Origin: Pirellulales bacterium
GTDB taxonomy: Bacteria; Planctomycetota; Planctomycetia; Pirellulales; JALHPA01
Direction of reading: 5' to 3'
Length of the DNA: 64,000 nt
Assembly: GCA_049840575.1 (NCBI GenBank)
Contig: JASGKV010000020.1
Location: forward strand, 121,705-185,704
A program made the translations under genes and the position numbers. Shown here one piece after another: positions 43,945-56,300 of this stretch; positions within the stretch are counted from its first letter, which is position 1; each line of letters opens with the position of its first letter. The notes under the pieces are model-generated. The model saw only the letters and a program-made list of their open reading frames with translations, had not been told where the DNA came from and did no database searches.

Positions 43945-44182
43945 GGAAGCGGATCCGAAATGGGCTGAAAATCGAGACGAAACGGCCCGCGAACGGCCCG
44001 ATCTTCCTGATTTTCAGCATCCATTCTGCGGCACGTTCGCGGAATGGATAGGTTGTACAATCCGCCCAACATGCCGGCAACGGATTTTGGAATTTTCGGC
44101 GAAGAATGGCCGCAGCAGGTGATTCGACCTGAGTTTCGGTAAGCGAAGCCCCCGTCACCCAGCCTGGACGATATGGCGACGC

Positions 44183-44996
44183 CTAAGCCGCTTTTTTAGA
44201 CCATGAGATGACATCCGGGCTCCCAGTCGTCGGTTCGACCGCGTAACGCGTGCCGTAAGGGAGCAAATAATGTCGATAAATTCTACCCAACTCCAGGGCC
44301 GCTTTTACGAAATGCTTCGCTTTCAGCTTGCTGCCCGGGACATCCTCCCACGTATCCAAAGGTTGCTCGAAAATCCGGCCGGCCGCTTCATAACGGCAGC
44401 CGAGAAGATTCGAGTAGCGAGCCAATATCTCGGCATCGAATATCCAACCGGTACGAAACGGTTCGGCGAACAACGCGGTAGTGACGGGATTGACTCGGAA
44501 TAACTTTGCACCGCATTGCGTGTCGTAGATCGGAATGCCCAGCATGCGCGAAACCACGGTCGCGAAACTGCGACCTAGTACATGCCGTATGGCGTGACGC
44601 TGAATCCGCCGACCCAACAACGGCATCCGGCTACCGACCACGATTTCGGTGCGACGACCTGCGGCCAGGACGTATTGGAATTCGGCGATCGCATCTAAGG
44701 GCGTCGCCAAGTCGGCATCCCAGTAACCGACGTATTCGGCGTTTTGTTCCAGCGCCCGCAATACTCCTGCGCCGCACGGCTTCGGCCTTCCCGGAGTTAC
44801 GTTCCAAATGCAAGACGTCGATGGCGTGCGGACGGGCGGCGGCCAGTCGATCGAGCAACGGGGCCGTTTGGTCGTGACTGCCGTCATTGACCAACAACAA
44901 TTTCGGTGCGTCGGGACGCTGAGCGAAACGCAAAAATTCGGCCGTGTTCAGCCGTTCTTCTTCGTTATAGCAAGGAACTACGATCGTGGTCGTCAT
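44183..44996 (-). CDS. Glycosyltransferase family 2 (dolichyl-phosphate glucosyltransferase-like), frameshifted
   Basis: IVVPCYNEEERL, VNDGSHD, GKAEAVR, YWDADLATP, DTQCGAKLFR, WIFDAEIL. Confidence 0.9.
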
Positions 44997-45003
44997 GATT
45001 GCC

Positions 45004-48000
45004 CTATCCTTGGGAACGGCGTGCGAAGGCCGTACGCTCGACATCTTGTCGAACGGGTCGAATTCTCAATCTCTGGCGACATTTCGTCAATGCCGATCGG
45101 GCCCTCGTCTCGGTCGAACCGTCTACTGCGGCGCGACCTGCGCGGCGACTGCTGAGGTTCTGCCGCGGCGGTTGACCCAAGTAGGCGAATAACTCGGCGA
45201 TTCCTTCCAGACTCAACTTGTTGAGCAGCCCGGTCGGCATGACCGAGACCTTGCTCGGGCGAATCGCTTCGATCGCGTCTTGCGGAAAGGCCGCTTTTTG
45301 GCCGTCGGAGGTCAACACCAGCACGCCGCCGTCGGTTTGCGGAGAGACCAAGCCGTTCAATGTCCGACCGTCCTTCAATTCGATCGCCTTCGAGGCATAT
45401 TGGTCGGAAATCACCTGCGAGGGGTGCAGCACGGATTCCAGGATTTCCTTCTTTTGGAAGCGGCGGCTGACGGTCCCTAGATCGGGGCCCAGGCCTTCGC
45501 CCAAATCGCCGAAGCGATGGCATTGCGCGCATTGCTGCTTCGACGAAGTGCGCCGTGCCGCGGCTGGGATCGGCCGCCAAGGCTTCTTTCCCATTCAGAT
45601 ACGTCGCCAGTTCGTCCAGCGTCCATTTCGCGCCGGCGTCGTCGACCGGCAAGGTCGCCGGCGGCTCGTTCGGATATTCGGCCGCGAACCACGCTTGCCA
45701 CTTGGTCAGTTGGACCGTCGCGGTTTCGCGCTGACCTCCTTGCGAGCGACCGGTCCATTTTTCCAACAACACGAGCGCAGGCTTTGCGCCGTTCTCGCCC
45801 AAACGCAGCCCGCGCAGAATCGTTTGGCGGTACGCCTCGGGCTTGTCCGGCGTTTTGTCGACCGAGGCCAACTTGGCCAAAACCTCTTGCGCGAACATTC
45901 CCTCGACGGTCGAGATCGAACGGACCAAGACCGGCCAGTTGTCGCCGGCGGGACGTTGCGCCAACGACATGGCGATGTAGCCGCGTCGCGCGGGATCGCG
46001 TTCGTACAGCTCGCGTAAGTACGTCTCGCTCTCCACGTCGCCCGAGCGACCCAAGACCGCGACAATCCCGATTCCTAGCTTGCGGGCGGCTTCGCCGTTA
46101 GGGCCGTCAAACTGCGCCGGGTAAGCGACGATCGAGCGCGATGATCTGTTCGCGGGTCTCGTCCGTCAGCTTCGGCGGCAATTTAGCCAACACCGACAAC
46201 GCGCTGGAGGGCCATTTCGTCCCTTCGCTCAGAACGTAGGTCCGCTCTTGATCGGTCAGACCGGCGAAGAAGTCGCGCGAGACGTTTTCGATGTAGCCCT
46301 GAAAGCTGTGGCCACCTTCCAACGTGCGGGCATATTCGAAGAACGTCAGCAGCTCGAGTTTCTGCGCGCTGGTCATGTCGGTGAGGAATCGCGCGTGCAG
46401 CGCGATATGCAGCTTATCGTCGTCGGCCCCTTTGCCGCGCAATTGTTCCAAGAACAGATCGGCCGCGCGAGGTTCTTTGAGATAGGCCAACAGCCGGACC
46501 AATTCGCGATTCATCCGTTCGTCTTTGGTCGGATATTCGTCGGCCAGTTTGATCCGCAAGCCCGGGGCGTCGTCGTTGGTCAATTCGCCTTGGGCGAGCG
46601 CGAGTTCGCTCAGTCGCAGCAACGCCAGGAAATCGGCGTCGTCGAGATAACCGTTCAGCAGGACCAAGTTTCGTTTGAGAATCGCTTTGCAAACGTCCTT
46701 TTGCGGCGCGACGCGGACCAACGCCAACCCGCCTTGCAAAAAGACATGCGCGTTCTCGTGCGTCAACACGGCCTCTTGCCATTGCTCGCGTGGCAACGTT
46801 TCCAACAACCGCGTCGCCGCCCAGGCGACTTGCGGCGAGGCCGACGCCAACAGCGGGAGAACTTCCTTCGCCTCGGGCTGCAGATTCGCGCGGACCAGCG
46901 CCTCGCACGCGATCCGTTGCACGTGCGGGTTGAGATCCTTCATCAAGCGGACCAACCGTCCGGCCAACGCCTGATCGGCGTGAATGCCCATAAAATACGC
47001 CGCTTTCGCTCGCATCTGTTCGTGCGGATCGGCGGCCAGCTTGGTCAACAACGTAGGTGTGGGGAACGGCCCCATCAGTTGCATCAGGTCCAGCGCGCGG
47101 ATGCGATGCTCCAACTTGGCGGCCGGATCGGCCACGACGGCCGGCAACTGCGCGTCCCACTTCTCGCCCATCTGCTGACGGATCACCGCGCACTTTTGCC
47201 GAGCGTACGCGCTGTCGAATTGCGGTTGTTTGAGCGCGGCTTGAATGCCCGTGCCGACGTTCGTCATGTCGGGCGGAACTTTCCCCTTCCACACGACGCG
47301 GTAGACGCCGCCGTCGGTCGCGCGACCGCCGGTGCAGAAGTACAGCCAGCCGTCGGGACCAACGCACAGATCCGTGACGTTCAGCGGCTTGCCTTCGACG
47401 AACGTTTCGCCTTCGATCACGTAACCGCCGTTATCGGGCTTCATTTTCAACGCCACGATTCGACCGCGACCCCAATCGCCCATGAACAGCGCGTCGTGAT
47501 AGCGGCGCGGGTACATCACGTGATCGTAGGCGGCCATGCCGGTCGGCGAACCGCGACCGGTGTCGGCCGTACCCGGGACGGCGTCGTAATAATACTCGGG
47601 CCAAACCGACCAGCCGCTGCGCCAGCCGAAGTCGGCGCCGCTGAGAACCTGAAACACGCGCGTCGGGCGATACCAGGGCGTGCCGATATCCCACTCCATA
47701 TCGCTGTCGTAGGTAAACAGTTCGCCGACGCGCGAGAAGCACATGTCGTACGCGTTACGCAAACCGCCGGCATAGCATTCGAGAAAGCTCCCTTCGGTGT
47801 CCGTCCGCAAGATGCGTCCGCCGGGGGCTTTGATGCCCGCCGCGTGACCGCGCGGATCTTCGTACTTCGGCTTGAACAAGTCGGCTTCGTAGTAGTTGCG
47901 GTACGGGCTGCTTGCGTCGGCCGCGCGGTCGGGCTCGGTCTTGTTGCCCAGCATGATGTAGACCAGACCGTCCGGGCCCAGCGTGATGGCGTGCGGACCG

Positions 48001-48911
48001 TGTTCGCCCATTTCGCCCTTGAATTTCAGGACGTTTTCGACCTTCTCGGCTTTGCCGTCGTTGTCTTCGTCGCTCAGGCGATACATGCCGGGGCCTTGCG
48101 GACCTGCGGCGATGACCAGCACCTTGCCGTTCAGCGGCAGAATGCCTTGGACCGCGCGGACTTTGTCGCAGAACACGCCCGGCGTTTCTGGCGAGCCGTC
48201 GCCGTCGGCGTCGCGAACCAAGATCAAGCCGCCGTCTTCGCGGCTAGCCAGCAGTTCGCCGAATTCGTTGAACGCCAAGCAAATGATCGAGCCGACTTGC
48301 TCGCCGGCGAGGATCTGTTCGACTTCGAAATCTTTTTGAGTACGAAAGCGACTCGCCATGCCGCCGCCGGCCAGCACGACCTCGTCGAACCAGGGCTTGG
48401 TCGTGCCGAACGGACCGATTTGCCGCGCGGCCAGCCATTGGCGATCGTCGAACGCGGGCTTCGTCCATTGCGGCGCTTCCTTAAGCGACGTCTTCCACGT
48501 GCCGTCGGTCACATGTGCGACGAACGTTCCGCCCTGCCCTTTGACGATCACGCGGCCGACGAGTCCGGCGTCGGGCGAGGCGGTGTTCGAGACCTTCACG
48601 GCCACGGTGTTCTTGCCGTTGACCAGATATTTGCCGACGTCGATCGTATCGAGTTGCTGCCACTTGGCGCCGTTGCCGACCGCGCGACCGTTGACGAACA
48701 CCTCGTACGCGTCGTCCGCGGTGATTTGAATTTCGCCGCTCTCGGGCAACGCCACATCGAAGCTCTTCCGGAACCAGCAGTCGCCCACCGGAACGTCGCG
48801 TTCCTGAGCCGGCGACCAAATCCATTGCGGCGTGTCGGCGGCCGAGACGTGCGCGACCACCAACGACAAAGCGACGAACGCGAGCGAGCGAAGGAGGCGT
48901 ACGCAGGGCAT
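45004..48911 (-). CDS. PVC-type membrane-bound dehydrogenase/HEAT-repeat/heme-binding CxxCH protein, frameshifted
   Basis: Signal peptide; sugar-binding-like WIW...FRKSF domain; beta-propeller GEHGPH...GLRNAYD...DSDMEWD; HEAT repeats; CAQCHRF...GPDL...SVMPTGL; 3' end approximate. Confidence 0.85.
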
Positions 48912-49191
48912 GGCAAATGCGGAAACGGTGGCGAACGGAAGAAGGGCGTCGGGCCGCGTTTCGACGAAGACGAGCCGACCCGCGCGGGCGATGCCCGAGC
49001 GCGAACGAACACGTTCCGCCGAAAATGCCGTGGGAGAGTACGCAACCCCGTCGAATCGAACAAGATCAACCCGCCGGATGCCGGCACGATGCGCCGCCAC
49101 CGCCGCCGATGTCGGTCCGCCGGCATGCTTGCGCGTCGATTCACGACAGACGCGTGTTCACGCGTAAAGAGAAAGTCACTCCGAGAAACTC

Positions 49192-50202
49192 TTAAAAATC
49201 GGTGTCCAAGACGATCCGATACCTCGCTTTGCCCGATTCCAGACGTTCGAACGCGTCGTTGATTCTGCTCATCGGGTAGTGCTCGGTCGTCGGGGCGACG
49301 TCGTGACGCGCGGCGAAATCCAGCATCTCCTCGATCGCCACCGGCGAGCCCGTCGGCGACGACGACACGCAGGCCTGCTTGGTCAGCAGCGAGAAAATCG
49401 TGATCGGAATCGGCTCCGGAACCGCGCCGACCACGTGCATTCTTCCGTTGGGGGCCAACGTGCCGATCAACGCGTTCCAATCCAATTTCACGTTGGCCGT
49501 GACCAGCAAAAGGTCGAGTTGGCCGGCCAGTTTCTTGACCGCGCTCGAATCCTTGGTGGCGGTCACGCGGTGCGCGCCGAACGAGCGGGCTTCGTCGAAT
49601 TTGCTCTCGCTGGAGGTGAACGCGGTCACTTCGCAGCCATAGGCGGCGGCGAACTTGACGCCCATGTGACCCAACCCGCCGATGCCGACGATCCCGACGC
49701 GATCGGTCGGTTTGGCGTACATCGCGATCGGATTGAAGACCGTGATCCCGCCGCACAACAGCGGACCGGCGTCCGCCGTGGGCAATTTTTCCGGCAACGG
49801 AATCGTCCACATCCAGTGCGCCCGTACGCGTTCGGCGAAACCGCCGTAATGCGTGCCGATGGTCGGTTGCGCGTTGGCGCAGAGATGCTGATCGCCTGAG
49901 CGGCACGGTCGGCAATGGAGACAACTGCCCGAAAACCAACCGATGCCGACGCGATCGCCGACCTTTGCGCCGTGCGCGGACGATCCGACTTCGACGACGG
50001 TCCCGACGACCTCATGCCCCATGACGGCCGGGAACTTGGTCATCCCCCAGTCGTTGTTCAGCATCGACAGATCGGAGTGGCACAGCCCGCAATGCTCGAC
50101 CTTCACTTCGACCTCTTCGGCGCCGAGTGGCCCGAGATCGATTGCTTGGCGTTCGAACTTCGCTTTGGCGCTCTTCACCACCCAGGCGTCGAATTTGGAC
50201 AT
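49192..50202 (-). CDS. Zn-dependent NAD(P) alcohol dehydrogenase (Ahr/YjgB-like)
   Basis: CGLCHSD, GHEVVG, CLHCRPC...C, PLLCGGITVF, GIGGLGH, GKARYRIVL. Confidence 0.93.
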   Translation of the reverse strand: MSKFDAWVVKSAKAKFERQAIDLGPLGAEEVEVKVEHCGLCHSDLSMLNNDWGMTKFPAVMGHEVVGTVVEVGSSAHGAKVGDRVGIGWFSGSCLHCRPCRSGDQHLCANAQPTIGTHYGGFAERVRAHWMWTIPLPEKLPTADAGPLLCGGITVFNPIAMYAKPTDRVGIVGIGGLGHMGVKFAAAYGCEVTAFTSSESKFDEARSFGAHRVTATKDSSAVKKLAGQLDLLLVTANVKLDWNALIGTLAPNGRMHVVGAVPEPIPITIFSLLTKQACVSSSPTGSPVAIEEMLDFAARHDVAPTTEHYPMSRINDAFERLESGKARYRIVLDTDF

Positions 50203-50317
50203 CGCGGGAACTCCACGGAGTGAGGGCGACGCTCGACCTCAGGGCGAGCGTGAAACTGCCGGCGTTTCCGTGGATTTTGGCGGACGCGTGCTCCTGCGGC
50301 AAGCCCCGCGGGGAACG

Positions 50318-51603
50318 TCAGTTGATCCAAATGCGAAGCCCAGGAAGTCGCCTTGGAACGTGCGTTCCAAACGCATGAGCAACGCCTTGTCGACCATGCG
50401 ACCTTTTTCGAGATACGGCGCGGCGGCGGTGCCTTGCACCCAGAGGACGATGTCGAGCTTGGTCGGTTCGGTGAAGACGCGGCGGAAGTTCACGCCCTGT
50501 TCGACGTCGCCGCGCCAGAACGGCAGCAGCGCTTTGCCGGCGAGGACTTGCTCCATTTCGGTCACGAAGTCGAGCCAGCCGTCGAGTTGTTGCGCGGCGA
50601 TTCTTGCGCCTTGCCAGCCGGTTTGCGACGGGTTGGGAATCCATTCCTTCTCGTCGTCTTTTTCCGCTTTCAACGACGCGACCATTTCGCGGCTGAGTTT
50701 GAACATCGTTTCCCAATGCTCGAGCGCGGATTTCATCCGCGCGGCGTCTTGGACCGGCAAGCGAACCATGTGGATCGTCGCGACCAAGTCGGCGATCTCT
50801 TCAAAATCGAACCACGCCCCTTGCGCTTTCGCCTCGTGACGCTTTTGCAGGAAGGGGTATTTGGTCTTGGGGTTTTTGAAGAACAGATGCGCGCTCGTTT
50901 CGAACAACTCTTCGCCGTCGTGAGCGAGCACGATGTCGCCCAGGCCTGCGCATCAAGTGCGTATAGCCGCGCAACCAGAGCGCGTCGGTGTGATCGAAAT
51001 CGATTCGCGTTTCTTTCGGAAAATCGCGAAACAGGAACGACGCGATCGTCCCCAGCCGCTCGGGCGTTTTCTTCGGCGGCGGTTGTCGTGCGCCGAGCGG
51101 GTCGTTCGGATCGTTGGCCGGTTGTTCGAAAACGGTGATCGCGCCGTCGCCGTCGATGTCCAATCCGGCGTCCATCAAGCGGAGCGGCAGTTTGACGTTT
51201 TTGTTTTTGATGCCGGCCAGCAGATCGTCCGTTTCCTGGAGCGCGGTTTGGAAATTCTCGACGATCTTCCGCGACTCGGGGTAGGTCAGCGGCGTGGGAT
51301 CGGGATTCTGCGGAACCGGGATGCGCAAGAACGGAATCTGCCGCGCATGCTCGACGTGCAGACCGTGTTTGTGCAGCGCCTGGCCAAGCTGCTCGACGCC
51401 GCGCAGAAACCGCAGTACGCCCAAGCCGAAACGCAACGTGTCGTCGTCGGGATGCTCCTTCAACTGCGGGCGCAATACGTCCAGGCCGGTTTGCAGTTTG
51501 CCGTCGAGCAGATACGCTCGACGATGCCCGGATCGATGTCTGCGCGCAACGATCCAACGCAGCAGACCAGCACGCACGAGGTGAACAGAGTACGCAACAG
51601 CAT
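50318..51603 (-). CDS. Conserved exported hypothetical protein, frameshifted
   Basis: MLLRTLFTSCVLVCCVGSLRA; FGLGVLRFL...FDHTDALWLRGYTHL; EWIPNPSQT...VLWVQGTAAAPYLEKG...IWIN*. Confidence 0.7.
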
Positions 51604-51796
51604 AAGAATCTCCCCGGGAATAGACGAATCGCGAACCGTGCCGACCCTCACGAAACCATACCGCGCGAGCCGGGCCGGAGTTTCACGCGGCGGCGAGTTC
51701 AGTGCAAGTAAAAGCCCTCGGAATCGTCGATTCCGAGGGACGTTTTCATGAAGTTCGGCCTGTCGTGACGTTCCGCGAATTGCGAAACGGAGCGAA

Positions 51797-52908
51797 CTAT
51801 TTCTCCAGCGTGAACGCCGGCAGTTTGACGATCTCGCCCCCCGAGCGCCGATTGATGCGCAAATCCCGACGCAGGTCCAGTTGGCCGCGGTGACCGCGTT
51901 GGGGCGCGGGTCGCGGCCTTCGACCAATGCGCTGACCATCTCGTGCACCATGTGCGGATGCGACCCGCCGTGGCCGCCACCCTGCAGGAACGACAAGTGG
52001 TCCGCGTCTTGGATGTGCGCCGGCAACGTAAACCGGCGAATCGGTTCGGGCAGCAGGTGCGCGAAATCCGGGATCGTGATCTTCTCGGCGATTTCCGGCT
52101 CGGGCTTCTTCGCGGTGTGGATCACGTGCGGTTCGTGTTCGACCAGCGTCCACTCGAAGCTCTTCTTCGTGCCGTAAACGTCGAAGCTCTCGCGGTATTG
52201 CCGCGCGACGTCGTACAGGAACCGCCAAATGTGCGCGGTCAGGTCGGTGTCCTTGATCTTGATGTGACACGTTTCGACCGCGAAGCGGTTGCCGGACTTT
52301 TCGCGAATGTCGTCGCGCACGGTGCCGCTGCCGAAGCAACTGACGTATTCGGCCAACCCGTTCACCAAGCCCAAGCAGGGGCTGACCACGTGCGTGGCGT
52401 AGTGCATCGGGATCATTCGTTCCCAATAGTCGGGCCAGCCGTCCATATCCTGCGGATGCGACGCGGCCAGATGCTGAATCTTGCCGAGTTCGCCCGACTC
52501 GTACATTTGCTTGATGAACAAAAACTCGCGGCTGTAGACGACCGTTTCGGCCATCATGTAGCGCAGCCCGGTCTTCTTGACGGTCTCGACGATCTCTTGG
52601 CAATCTTCGATCGTGGTGGCCATCGGGACGGTGCACATCACGTGCTTGCCGGCGCGGAGCGCGGCCAGCGACATCGCCGCGTGATCCGGGATCGGCGAGT
52701 TGATGTGTACGAAGTCGACGTTCTTATCCTTCAGCACGTCTTCGTACTTCGTGTACCGCGTGCCGATCTTATACCGATCGCCGACCGCGTTCATCTTCTC
52801 GACGTTGCGCTGGCAGACGGCCGTCACTTCGGCGTCCGGGTGAGCTTGATAGATGGGAATGAACTCGGCTCCGAAGCCGAGACCGACCATGGCGACGCGA
52901 AAGGGCAT
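51797..52908 (-). CDS. Gfo/Idh/MocA family oxidoreductase
   Basis: RVAMVGLGFGAEFIPIY...HINSPIPDH...GKHVMCTVP...GGGHGGSHPH; last codons frameshifted. Confidence 0.9.
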
Positions 52909-52984
52909 ATGAATAGGGGTTGGGGACTAGGGGTGTGGGGGAAATGCGGAGAGAACACGCTCCGACAAGCTGGAACGAAAGTAT

Positions 52985-53293
52985 TCAACTCACGTAGTAG
53001 TCTTGAAGGACGACGTTACCCTCTTTCATAAACGGGAGCTGAGATGAACGTGTTTTTGGATTGAAACCGTCCCAGTCTTTTTCATTGATCCACATGTCCA
53101 TGAGCGGATGAAGCTCGCGCATGCAGGTATGACATACGAATGCAATGCGTGGAGAGACATCGATAGACCACAATGGATCAAGCGGCTCGGTGATGAAAGT
53201 CTTATCTTCGGGAAATGGGTAAACCAGAGGGATATTGATATCACGCTCGGCATCGCAACGGTGGCAGCGCATGATTCTTGCCATTGTTTTCAT
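52985..53293 (-). CDS. Hypothetical protein with two CxxC motifs (low GC)
   Basis: 102-aa ORF with RCHRC and VCHTC, lying between co-oriented genes. Confidence 0.5.
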   Translation of the reverse strand: MKTMARIMRCHRCDAERDINIPLVYPFPEDKTFITEPLDPLWSIDVSPRIAFVCHTCMRELHPLMDMWINEKDWDGFNPKTRSSQLPFMKEGNVVLQDYYVS

Positions 53294-53357
53294 CCGCGAG
53301 ACCGTGAAAGCGCATTCTCGGCTTGCTCTGCAAACCTCGCAATTAAACGAACGTTCT

Positions 53358-56300
53358 TTACGGGCTCTCCGCCGTCACGGCGACCACGATCGGGGCGGTG
53401 TCGTCGCGGCCTTTGACCAGTTCGATCTCTTTGATCGACTCCGCCCGTTTCGGTTCGACCTTCACGTAACGGACCTGCCGGCCGCCGACGTCGAAGGCGA
53501 ACGTCGAGTTCGGCACGTCCACGCGGCGGATGTAGTCGGCTATCTCTTCGCCGTTTTTCCACTCGTGATCTTCGGTCTTGCCGTCGGCGTAATGCAAGCG
53601 GACGATCATGCTGACCGAACCCTTGCGTCCGCCGGGACTCGCCCAGCCCGCGACGCCCCCCAGGATGTGCAACGCCTTGGCCGGACCGGCGCACGGAACC
53701 GTCACGCTCTTGGGCATCGTCGGCGGAATCGCTCCTTGCGGTCCGTTCAGCAGCACCACGTTGTTCTGCTTGCCGTCGCGCGGATCGACCAGCAGGAACG
53801 GCACGCCTTGGAACGTGCGCGGCGACCAATCCCGGAAGTTCAACGACTCGGTCTTGTTCGCCTTATCGTAAAACATCCCGTCGGTGCTGACCACGGTCGC
53901 GGCCTTGGCCAGCGGCAACGGCACGTACTTGCCGCGCTGCGCCAGGAATTCGAGCAAGTCCGTCATCTGTTCGACGCTCAGCGTCTTCTCGAACCCCTCG
54001 GGCATCAGCGATTTCTTGCCGGCGGTCAGCGTGTCGATTTCGTCGCGCGGCAGCGCGATCTTCTTCGCTTCGGCGTCGATCAGTTCGATCGCCGTGCGCG
54101 ACTCGGCCGCCAGCAGACCGGTCAACACGCGGCCGTCGGTCGTTTCGACCGTGTACTGACGGAAGTTCGATTCGACGCTGCGCGACGGATCGAGAATCTG
54201 CGTCAGCAGTTCGTGCTTCGGATGGACGTTCATCCCGGTCAGATCGGGGCCGATCGTGTTCCCTTCGCCCGAGTGGCGGTGGCACTTGGCGCAGTTGGCC
54301 GTGAACAGCAGCTTGCCCTTGGCCGCGTCGCCTTTGTGGTCGCTCGCGGCGTGATACGAGACGATCACCTTCTCGCGATCGGCGTCGGGGATGCCGCCGC
54401 TCTTGGCCAGGATTTTCTGCGCCCGGGCGGCGATACGGCGATCGGGATGTGCGCGGAGCGCGGTCTGCTGATCGAGCTTCAGGTCGCTCGCTTGCAGCTC
54501 GCCCTTATCGAGCGCGTCGAGCAATTCGCCGGTTGTGGCGGGCCGCTTGAGCAGCAGACGCATCACGCCGTCTTTGCCGGCGGGCGAGAGTTGCGGCAGC
54601 TTGACCAACAGCTCTTTGCCGAGATTCGGCGCGGTGCTTTTGGCGAGCGCGTCGAGCAGCCCGGCGACGAGATCGGGCGGCGCGAGATTCGTCAACGGCG
54701 CGAGCAACGCTTCGACGGTCTTCGCGTCGTCGGGCGATTGCGTCGCCAAATCGTTGGCCGCGCGAATGCGATCCTCGGACTTGGCTTTGGCGTCGGCCAG
54801 GGTTTTGCGCCAACCTTCGGCTAACGCGGCGATGCGTTTATCCATTTCGCGGCTGCCGATCGCGCGGGCCAAGGCGATGAAGTTCGCTTGTGCTTGACCG
54901 TTTAATGCATCGGCATAGGTGTTCAAAACCCCTTCGTCATCCTCGCTCAAGCTTAATTGATAACCCTTGGGCCAACCGCGAGCGAAGCCTGCGATCATTG
55001 CATCTAGGAACGCTCCTTTCGACAATGCGACCGTCTCAAACATGGAAAATGTCGCATGATGATTCGGTTTTTCCCGAGCGAAGTGTTCCGCGACGATACT
55101 TGCGATTTGTACTATTGCCGGGTTGAGTTTGTCATCATGCGAATTCCCCATCTGTGCGAAGTCAATCGGAGAGCGGGTCGCCAGGCATGTAAGAGCGTCT
55201 CGTAGTTGCCGATCTTGCATAACTACCGGGTCACGCAACTCGCGTCTTAAGATACCCGATATAGGGGCATTACCGTAGCCGAACAATCCCAGGTATTTGG
55301 CCAATTTGACTTGTGGTTCGGCATCCTCCATCGTCTCGAGTGTGTCAGCGAACTCCGCATAGCGCGGATGCATTCGTGCCACGGCGACGCGCACCGCCGG
55401 CGAAGGATTTTTGGCGGCGGCATCGATGACCTCTCGTTGATCCTTCCATGCGACGCGCGTCCCCGCGGCTCCGTCCAAGCCTTCCAACGTCTGCAATGCA
55501 TGCACCACGGCGTACTCGTTCGCCGTTCTGTCCATCGCCAGCTTCGAGAGGGGTTCGATGCTCGCCGGATCGGCCTTTTCCACCAACAACCGCTGCGCCT
55601 GCAACCGCCAGAAGCGGTTGTCGCTCTTCAATCCTTCGACCAACTGGGCGGTCGTCGCCTTGCTCAGATCGTGCGTCGTCAAGGCGGTCGTTTCGCGCGG
55701 TTTGCCGTTCACCGCTTTTTCGTCGCCGGTGTACAGCAAGCGGTATATCCGCCCGTGGCGTTTGTCGCGGAGGTCGCTTTCGTAGGCGTTCCCTTTCCCG
55801 GTCTTAAACCCCGCCGGCGTCGGGTTGTGTTGCACGATGAAGTTGTACCAGTCCAGGATCCACAGATTGCCGTCGGGCCCGACTTCGGCCATGATCGGCG
55901 CGGCCCATTCGTCGTCGCTTTGCACGATGTTGAACGGCGTGTGCGACTTGAAGCCCGCGCCGTCGGCGTCGATCACGAACGCGCCCACGATATGCGCCGT
56001 CGGTTCGCAGACGAACGCCAGGCGATTCCAATACTGCTGCGGGTAGTTCCGCGCCGTGTAGACCGCATGCCCCGCCCCGGCGGTGTAGCCGTCGAACTGG
56101 TCGACTTGGCGAATCTTGTCCGTCCCCGGCTTGGCGAAGTAATGGTTCGGCGCCATCCGCGGCGCCAGCAATTCCGGCGTCCACCCGCGCACCGCTTCAT
56201 AGTAGCGGTTGGGGATCGGCAGATAGACGCTGGGGTTGCGATTGGCCGTGCTGCCGAAGACGTAGCCCTCTTCGCTGAAGCCCAGCCCCCACGTGTTGTT

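Noticed and set aside
46248-49262. Long antisense ORFs (also 53235-54824, 55311-57638, 59699-61078)
   Set aside because: These are shadow frames opposite well-supported genes, expected at high GC.
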